Positions 54,408 through 64,000 of a stretch of DNA of 64,000 nucleotides are shown here, piece by piece. Made by a program: the position numbers and the translations under genes. The notes beneath the pieces were generated by a model. It was not told where the DNA came from, did not search any database, and worked only from the letters and a program-made list of their open reading frames with translations. This DNA is from Lama glama (Eukaryota): contig CM052817.1 in NCBI GenBank assembly GCA_028534125.1, positions 70,682,001 through 70,746,000 of the forward strand, written 5' to 3'. Numbering within the stretch: position 1 is the first letter of the stretch; each line of letters starts with the position of its first letter.

Positions 54408-57400
54408 TTGGGTTTTTTTCCCCTTAATAGAGACTATTTCCTTGGGACGTAGTCTTAGAAATATGGCTCCTGAGCTAAGGAAGTCAAAGATCCTTATCTG
54501 TGCCAGCACTATATAATGCCATTAATTTTGAAATTTCTAAGTTAATAATGAAAGATGTTACTTCAGTTTAACTCACATTTCTTTCATTACTAACAAGGGT
54601 AAACATCTTTTATTTACTAGTTAAATCTCCTCTTTCATAAAGTTAGTTTCTGTCTTTTATATGGGTGAATTTTGAGAGCGAGCAAAACAATGAAAGTTCT
54701 TTGTGTTATGTTCAAAATCGGCATTTGAGGTTATTATTATCACTAAAGTTTTACTTCCAGACTAAAGCATAATCCAGTCATATTACAAGAATCCCAGATT
54801 TTGGAACTTCACACTTCGTCAATGAGAGGATCAATAAGAGTCTATCAAATTTGGTGGTTAATAGTAATTTCACCATTTCCCTCCTGATCCTGAGGTCAAT
54901 AATATAGACTTACCCACATTCTCAGCTTGCAAAACCCTCTGAAAGTTTTATGTCTAATTTCTGAAAGCTTCTGATTACTCTGAAATGACAGGCACCATGA
55001 CCACTACAGATCCCCAACCTCACCAAGATGTCTTATTTCTCAATAAAAAATGTTGCAATCTATACTATAGCTGCCAAGCTATTCCTCACCCAGATGTGCT
55101 AAATCAGTTACATAACTCTATAGGGGGCCCACATAAAACTTTACACTCCTCAGCACCACCCCATTTCAACCCCCAACATGAGCTGCCCTGTTCTGCAAGA
55201 CAGTGTAGAGTTTAATGGTTAATTCCATTCCTCTACTGTGGTGTTCTGGCCTGGGGCTGATACCTGCAATCTGGTTTTATCAGGTTGGGGCTTTTCTCTG
55301 AGGACAGATTTACCACGAATCACTATGTTTCCAGATGGGATCACTCTGTTGTGATACACACAATCTGGTCTATCTCAGAGAACTTCTGATAAATTATGTG
55401 TGTGTGTGTGTGTCTGGTAGATGGCAGAAGCAGGGGAGTGGTTTAGGAAGAAAAGAAACCAAGACCTGGGCCTCTTCCCTTAGAATAAACAAACTCCTTA
55501 CACAGCTTTTAACTCCTGAACATAGTTTCTGCTGCCAATCTTGTATTAAAATCCCTCTAGGGTTTGGAAATCACTCTACAGAGATAACCTTCATGTGTGC
55601 ATTGTGAGATGATTAGATCTATCATACCAACGAGTCCAAAGGACAAAACCCATTTCCATTCTTTGGGCTGACTCCTCCACCTGATGTGTATTTATTCAAA
55701 AAGAACAACACAACTGCAGTAGATCTTCTTTTAGTGAATGTCCCCTGGAATTTTGGCTTCATAATATAGCATTTCATTTTCTGTTGCTAGATATTTAAGG
55801 TGTAGCTCTGCATCACAACAAAATATATGCATTAGAATATTGCAGCTTTATCTGTTTTTGTGGTCTATTGATAATCCATGTTCTTCTGTTCATTCTAGCA
55901 TCACTTTATGTGCTTCAAGATGCTATCATATCTTTCTTGGTTGCTTTCTGTCAAGGCTGGAAACACTCAGTTCTTTAATGTCTTCTCATAGTTCCTATCT
56001 TCAAGCCTTTATTACTTTGCTGTTCACCCTTTGATTCTACTAATTTTTAGTGTCATTTTCATGACACACAATAGCCACAACTAAAAATAGTAGTTTAATA
56101 TATAGAAAGAAAAACCAAAACAATGTCATTTTGCTGAGACACTAATCATTCAGCCTAAGATGTGGACCAACCAAACAGGGTCAACAGTCAATATTTATGT
56201 AGCTCTTTGGACTGATTGAAAGATGAATCAAAGTAGCTCCACAGAATAAGACCAGATCTAGACACTCCCATCCCTTACCCTCATACACGGAGTATTACCA
56301 CCTTTTTTTGCTTTGAAGAGGAAATAGGCAACTACTCAAAAATTTCTATTGCTGTCACACAGCAAAACGTACAACAGAGATGTACCAAATGATACAAAAT
56401 GTTAAACAGGATTAGCTAACATATAAAATCCAAAGTGTTCTCCCAAGCTACTTAAATTGCATCCAAATCTAATTTACAGATAGATGGATTCCTGACGATG
56501 GGACTTAGTTTAAGTAATGAAATTCACATAAGGTCCAAAGGGAATTCTGTGTATTATTCTCATTAATTATGAGAATATGATTAAATGATTTCCACTACAA
56601 TAGTGCCATCATTCAGGCATTCAAAGGAACAATATATTTCAAGAAAATCACAAATGTTTCATTTAATAAAACCATGCTTGTTTTAGCAAATTTTAATAAA
56701 GTTTCTAGAGTGCCATTGCTACTACTCAGGCCCTAGTAAAGCACAAAATTCTTTCTTAATAAGACTGAAAGGGGTATGCACATGACTAAAAAACTGGTGA
56801 CCCCAACTCATACACTTCTACCCAAAATAGTTCCCTAAGACCAAAATACTAAAGTGAGGTAGGCCTTTTCTTATATGTATCCCTAACAAAAAAGGCAAAA
56901 AGACAAAAGAAAATATAATTTCTCATCAAAATAGGCGATTGAGTTTCTCAGATGATTGAGTTTCTCAGTAGATACAGACAGACCCTCTAAAGGCTGGTAA
57001 CATATATCATCTCACAGTTTTATGATGGGAATATGATAGTCAAATATCAATTCAAAATCCAGAAGACACCAGCATTTACAGAGTGCTAGTGTCTATGGAG
57101 GCAGTCCTAATAACCAGAACAGAATATCATTATTAGCTCCATTGTTTTGTTCTTTGAAACCTAATTTTCAAGTGATTTATAGACACTTTCTATCCTATTG
57201 TAAAATACTGAGCTATTAGATTAGTTGTCTGTATATACTTTGAAACAGGAAACATTTTGGATGTATATACTAGACGCACATTCATTTAGGTGTACATACT
57301 AACACATAAAGAAGAAATTTTAAGTTATTCCATAAATTTCAGAGTAAAGTCAAGATATGACCAGAATCGTGTTTGAAAGGGGAAATAGTCATAAGAATTA

Positions 57401-60400
57401 GCATTATGTGATCTGAAAAAAAGACAGAACGAAAAAATAGACAAAAGATGAAAGTATTAAAACCTCATTTTTTATGTATTTTATGTATTAGATCTTCTCC
57501 ATTATATTGCGGCAGAACACACATTTTTATTATATTTTCCCTCAAAAATTTTCATTAACATAGAAAAATACAGCCCCAAAGGAAAAACAGTGAACAAAAT
57601 ATGTAATAAAAATATATTAAGAATGTTAATGTGTTTCACTTTCTGTGTATATTTTACCTTTCACATAATCCATTCATACTTAGTGAAATCAACAATCTTC
57701 AGGATCTTGAAGGCCCGTTTAAATGCCAAAACATCACATGCTTGCTGGGAGTACTAAAAGTGTAAAACTTAAAGGCTTAAACAGTCACAATAAATATGTC
57801 TCTATACTTTGCATTTAGCAGAATTTCCTATAAGGAAGGGTCACATAGATATGATTCTTCAGGTATTTTACCTATGTAAGCAGTATCTGCTTTATACATC
57901 ACAGTGAAATTATAACTTTCTCTTAAAGTGGAACTAGCTCTCTTGTCTCACTATCAGCTCTAACTGACCCTAGTAACTTGTTTACTTATTAATCAATCAG
58001 CATTTATTGAGTGTTTATTATGTGCCTAACCCTGTGTTCTACAGACTCCTGAGGAAATGATGAAAAAATTTTACATATCATTCCTAGAGATAAAATTTTT
58101 TCCTTTTTTTTTACATGTTTGCTAAATTTAAACCACAGAACCACACATGCTATGCTCACTTCAAGGAATCCATCTTTAAAAGTAACTGGTAACACCTTTC
58201 GGGGCTTCAGTGAAGCTGGAAGAAGTGAGTGCACCTTAAACACTTTGCTGGCGTCTGTGGGCATGGCCATGGCTGCTCCAGTCATCTGCTCCTGCATCAT
58301 CTGTGATTGGGCAGCAGCATTATCTTGGCCCCAGATCAGAGAGCAAATGCTCCGAAGCCCATGTGTATTATACTAATAAATAGAGCCAGAGGATCCTGAA
58401 ATGATGCTATTATTATGTTTAGAGTAAATCATCAGATAGGCTAATTGGTACATTACCACATATGAAATGAACAGTTTGATGAGTGAATAGGGGCCAAATA
58501 AAAATGGAAAACCAAATCAGGGAGCATTACAGTCATGTAAGAGAGAAATTTTAAAACAATACATTTTTAGAACAGAAATGTAGTAGAGAGCAAGAGATGG
58601 TGTAATCAATATACACGGCAGTACTTAAGCACAAGGCCAAGCCATTTCTCTGGAGAACAAGGGATAAACTATCAGCTTGTGGAATTTCTTTCCAGATTTA
58701 TATTTCCATAATTCCATAAAAAAACAAAACTAGCCTCCCACTTCTTGCCTCTTCCCACCAAGAAACAAAAGCAGCAGCATTATCTTTAAACAGTTCAGCT
58801 AACACTGACAGCCACTACCGTGTCTAGCAGTCACTGGGCCTAAAGGCAGCTTGAGGATTTTAAACAGCCCCCGGCCTGTATTAGAACCCTGCTGAACATC
58901 AGCCCCAGGACAATGAGCAGCCACTGATACATGATGTCAACTGTCTGAAGGGTAAGAATAAAACCATTTTAAAACGGAAACAGACAAAAAAGGCAAACTC
59001 CCTCAAGCATTTTCAAACTACATCATAATCAATGGTGTTGAAAGCTGTACTGAGAACAAGTGCCGAAGGATAAGACGGGAGGAGAAAGCAAAATCCTCCA
59101 CGTGAGGAAGTCATTTATTACGCTGACAAGGGTAGTCTCCCCACTCATTGTGTGTTAGGTGACCGAAATTTTCACATTTAGAGTAGTTTGGTAGATACAT
59201 ATTCAACTCTTTGGCCATCACCCATAGAGGGTAATTCTGGCAGGGAAAGACGATGGATGTGGTCTGATCATAGCACATGGTGGTAGAGTGTTTTCTTATC
59301 TTTTCTTCTTGGCTGATCCTGGAATGTCACTGTTTCTAGGGTCTTTCCAGAGAACCTCTTGACTTGTTTGTCCCCTAAGAAGCTTTTGCAATCTTTGAGT
59401 TTCTTTATTAAACAAATTTTCTGTGAATTTTCCTATACCCTTCAAAACTCAGAGAAACATTGGAATACTATCACCCATGACTCATTTTCTGGGACATGAT
59501 AAAAGTTTTTGTTTGCTTTGCTTCTAAAACAAGAATCAGGGTTTGTGCTACTATTTAAAAGTAGCCTGATATTTATGATTCTCCTTCAGAGCGTCTATCA
59601 TGGTGTAATTAAATCAATCATGCTGATTTGAAGAACTTTTGCATTACTTTATGTAATTTTTAAGATTATCTATTTATCATGTATTGCCAGACACTTTCAA
59701 AACTGCATTTTTTTTAACTGAATAAAGTAAGACATGAAGCACTTGCATCATCAGAATGGTCAAGTAGGCTTTTCTCAAAAACAGAAAAACTAATAAACCA
59801 ACTTTAAAAAAAAAGTATTTATCATAAAGCTGTTTTTCACAGCTTTCCAGCATCAGATTAAAAATTGACATATACTGAAATAGAGTAGATCGAGATTCAG
59901 GCGGATTCTGGCAAAAAAGACACCATTTAACCACAACCCCATTCAAATGTGTAAGCAGGGCTTATTAACATGTGGAAGAGTTATTTTCAAGTGAAATTTT
60001 AAAATCCATAGGGGAAGAAACTTAACTAGCAGAATCACAAGGCAGGAGTGTAGTGCAGGCTGTGTTGTGGTGGGAGCAGCACACTGCACAGTGTCTGCAA
60101 CTCAGCACCACAGGCCACTTTGTGCGGAACCATGTGCGGAAATCCTGGGGGCAATTTTCCTATGGGCCCTTGGCATAAGTCCGAAACACCCCCCTGGTGT
60201 TTGCAGCAGCTGTAACAAGCTGGCTCCTAGGGACAGTTCTGAAGGGGAGTGTTTGTGGAAGACAAGCCCACAGGGCTTTTGAAACCTGATTTTTGTTTCT
60301 GCTACTGCATGGCACACCAAATGCAGAAGGCAAGAAGGAAAACATGCATGTTTTCACTGGCAAGTTTACAGAGGCTTGTGGTCAGAGGGATCTTACTATT

Positions 60401-61489
60401 TCTGCTGATGCTCCTGGAAACAGATTGATGATCTAGGTTACTGTGTCTTTTTTTTTTTTTTCATCAGGAGGTGAATGAAAAGAACGATGTTAAATGAGAC
60501 AGATCATCCTGAAATATGGTTTCATAATAATTTTGAGAGTCAGACTGAACTAAAGAAAAACCTCATAATCTTTTAGGTGGATTTTCTTCTACCCAAGACT
60601 TTCACTTGTTTTCGTTTTTTCTTGGTGTCCTGACAGCTTCCCCTGCTAGTCAGATGAATGCTCTCATTGTTCTATTTTGGAAAGTATTCCCCATTATTCA
60701 CTATTAATCCACTTAACTGTATAATACAGTGTTTAGTATGTACTAACTGAAAACTTTCTTCATAATGTTTTGGGCAATCTTTTTGGATTGACTCATACAT
60801 TTATTCAACAACGGCAAAAATGTTGGCACTTTCTGGGCTAGGTACTTACTGTGCTAAGTGCAGGGGAGTGAAAAGCTGAAAAATAGCACATTTCCTTATC
60901 CATAGGAGGATCCCAGTATGTAAAGGGAGATGCATAAACAACTAATATGATAAGATGATGGTAACAGCCATAAAAAATTCAAGTTTGAGAGCTAAAAGGT
61001 GCACACAGTAAAAGGATTTAATTCTGCCTTATTGTGGCAGTGGCTAGGCAAAGTCTATGTCACTTTCCACTGCAAAAAAATAAGACAAAAGATTTTTATT
61101 TATTTAGAGCAGAGTTTTCTGCCTTTTGGAGCTGACACACCAATTTTTGTGTCACATGCTTCCAATCTTCCCAAAAAAGTTTTGTTTTACATTTCCAAGA
61201 GTTGAAGTTAGCTATAGCTGGTAGTTTTGAGATCATTATTACATCTAAAGAAATAACTAGAGACAAGAGAGGGGCAACGTGGACTAGGAATCAATGATAC
61301 AGAATTCAAGCTCAGATCACAAAAGCAATAGAAATGGGAAGTGAGTCAGAGGACTTTCTTCCTAGTCAGTATAAAGAAAGCTGTTTATACTCACAGCAGG
61401 GGAGAACTTGCTTTACTCAAGAAAACTGGACCATGCCAGCTCGTCATCACAAAATTGTGTTGTCATCATCACCACCACCACAATAACAA

Positions 61490-61730
61490 TAGCCAACACC
61501 TGCACAGCGCAAGTCACTCCGCCAGGCACTGTGCCGTTACAAATAATAACTCACTTAATCCTCACCTCAGCTTTGCCATAGGTACTATTGTTATCTACTC
61601 TTTACAGATAAGAAAACCGAGGCAAAGGGAAGTCAAGTAACTTCTGAACTACTTAGTAAGTAGCAGAGCTGGGAAATGAGCCCAGGCAGTCTGGCTCCAG
61701 AGTTCTAGCTCTTAACTACTATAATAAACT
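61490..61730 (-). mobile_element. MIR SINE
   Basis: tttacagataagaaaaccgaggcaaagggaagtcaagtaact...gagcccaggcagtctggctccagag. Confidence 0.9.
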
Positions 61731-62289
61731 GTTTCTTTATAGATTCTTAAAGTACTATAAAATAAATATAGTAATATAGTATTTGCCTCAGAGAGTTAAT
61801 CCCAGTAGGGAAAAAATGTAAGTTTATACACAAGAAGCAAGGGATAAATCACCTCTGGGACTCCCTGAGTCTGTGATTCCCTTACACAAATGCATCCCAC
61901 TGCAAAAAATGGTCAGTTTTTTTCCCAAAACTCATCTATTTTTCTCACCTAATTAAACAGAATTTTTAGGATTAATCTTTTAAAATGTTATTCATTAAAC
62001 TTACCTTAAGGACAGTGAGGAACAGCCATTTTTTTGTGTAACTATCAAAAGATGTCAAACCCAGAGTTCCAATGACTATCACATTGGATTCTTACATGTT
62101 TTATGTTCTTTAGACATCTCAAAGTCAAACTCCCTCCTATTTATTACTATTCTTTCACAACTGTACTAATAGATTTCATCTCTTAAATTTTATGACTATT
62201 TCCTAAATATTTGCCTTCCTTCTCATCCTCATGAAAGTGTTCTCTTTTTAGCTTTCGTCTCTCACTTGATTTATTGAAATAAACTTCCT

Positions 62290-62530
62290 TAAATTACTGA
62301 GCTCTTCCTATATGCTATTCATTGTGCTAGAAGCATAATATATTTTACCTCATTTGATCCTCATGAAAGTTCTGAGCAGAGTAATAGTATTCACAGTGAA
62401 CAGGTAAGGAAAAGTTCCAGAGAGGTTAAGTAACTTCCCAAGGTCACATGATGGGTAAGTGGTACAGCAGGGAGAACTCAAACCGTTTCATGTATGTTCC
62501 ATATTTTTCCCAAGACACCATCTTACTTTA
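62290..62530 (-). mobile_element. MIR SINE
   Basis: catttgatcctcatg...cagagaggttaagtaacttcccaaggtcaca. Confidence 0.85.
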
Positions 62531-63639
62531 TTGAGCATCTCCTCTGTCTCATACGTACAAATTGATTATTACATCTGGGGGCCAAATAGGAAAAATGGAC
62601 AGAGTCCTTCCAATCTACTATTTCATTACAGCTTAGCTTTCAATATTCTGTCACCCACCGGATTTTTTGCCTCATATCAAATAAATATATTCTGGATCAT
62701 CTATTCAGGAAAAAAAAAATTGGGTAGATGTCTTCAGATTTGAAAGATAGAAACTAATTCCATTTGTTTTCATTTCTTACTGTTATAAAATTTAGTAAGC
62801 ATTAGTGATGAACCCAAACAGATCTAACTACACCATGTTTTCAGGGGTGATATTTTAAACAAAATAATGTTTTTTCCTGAAGAAAAGAATCTCTCATGGA
62901 ATACTGTTGGATGAGAAATACAATACAATCAGAGAAGGAAATTTATGAAAATGGTAGTATATAAAACAAGTCTTACACAGCCATTTCTAAAATAAAACTT
63001 TCTAAAGGAAACAAGCAGTTAAAAAATCTGATATTGTAATGAAAATTTAATAGGGTTTTCAAACAAAGACACATTCATCTTTTTCAGGACACTTTGAGAA
63101 ACAAATCCAAGTATTTGCCTAGGAAATCTAGTCTAGGAATTCTTGATATTGTTAACTCTAAAATAGTTATCCATTTGACTTATTGATAAACATTAGTTTG
63201 TTCAGTTACTGTTTCTAAAAGTCAAAAAATGTAATTGTAACAAGCTAAAAAGAAAGTCTAAAAAATGAAAAATAACTTCTAAAGACAAATATAACTATTT
63301 GGATTGCTCCATATATTTCAGACTGCTCCATTCCTTCTTTAGCTACATATTCAGTATGACCAAAACATAGCAACACCAAAATTTTCACACTAAAATAAAA
63401 TATTTTTATGCAGTACTTTTACACTAGTAGACAGATTTCTGTAGTAACCTCCCAGAAGGATTTAAAATAAGAGGACCAAAAAAGACTACTTTCATTTTCC
63501 CAGTTTTTCAAGTTGGTTTCCTTTCCATATTCTCTTCTCCCTCTTATCTATTCTTTTAAATTCAGCAATAGAAAAATGATTTAAATTGAAGGGGAAAAGA
63601 CATGTATTTTTTTAAGAGACAAGAACAACCCAGCTACCC

Positions 63640-63912
63640 ATATTTCAAGAGTCATCTTAAGTGTCAGAAACTTTCCAAGCTTTTTCCTGAAGACCCTGCC
63701 CCCAAGTAGAACAGAGTTCCCTTGTTTCATGTCCTCCTGAAATCATGTACTTTGTCTTAGAGGCTACAACAGATTACTGCATTAATTTGTTTAATCTGTC
63801 TCCATTACAGGGCTAGAAGGTTCCTGAGGGCAAAAGACACATCTTATTCAGCTCTGATTCCTTGGTGCCTAGTACAGAGTCTGGAAGGGATTTAATTAAC
63901 TAACATTTGATG
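63640..63912 (+). mobile_element. L2 3' end
   Basis: tctgtctccattacagggctagaaggttcctgagggcaaaga...ccttggtgcctagtacagagtctgg. Confidence 0.75.
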
Positions 63913-64000
63913 AAAAAAAAACCTATGTGAAAGTAAAAAAGGAATACAATATAGGTATGCCTTTTCCTAATTAAGGCCATAGTATTAATATTTTTCCTGA

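Noticed and set aside
56937..56968. 15-bp tandem duplication gattgagtttctcag (similar 13-bp one at 3189-3217)
   Set aside because: Ordinary slippage duplications with only two copies; not an array or CRISPR-like structure.
1..64000. Novel multi-gene or defence-type system, RNA genes, CpG-island promoter
   Set aside because: None seen. The window is eukaryotic intron with no recognisable tRNA, rRNA or snRNA, no CpG island and no intact long ORF.

Overview
AT-rich mammalian genomic DNA, almost entirely intronic. Three tiny minus-strand coding exons (45, 8 and 18 nt; 34425-34469, 32376-32383, 5384-5401) splice to GPPGKRGKRGRRGES-GPP-GQPGLQ. This is the start of the first collagenous domain of COL25A1 (collagen XXV/CLAC-P) as I recall the human protein. 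Most of the rest is old interspersed repeats: MIR, L2, L1, MLT1/MLT2/ERV LTRs, Tigger1 and MER2. The main unexpected element is a ~1.6 kb decayed, intronless retrocopy of MIA3/TANGO1, the ER-exit-site collagen export receptor. It lies at ~37387-39000, antisense within the COL25A1 intron and directly abutting an L1 ORF1 fragment. The repeat content suggests a cetartiodactyl, possibly a camelid (inference). Nearly all ORFs in the supplied track are spurious or repeat-derived. I found no evidence of a new multi-gene system. All family and gene calls come from recalled sequences, not database searches.
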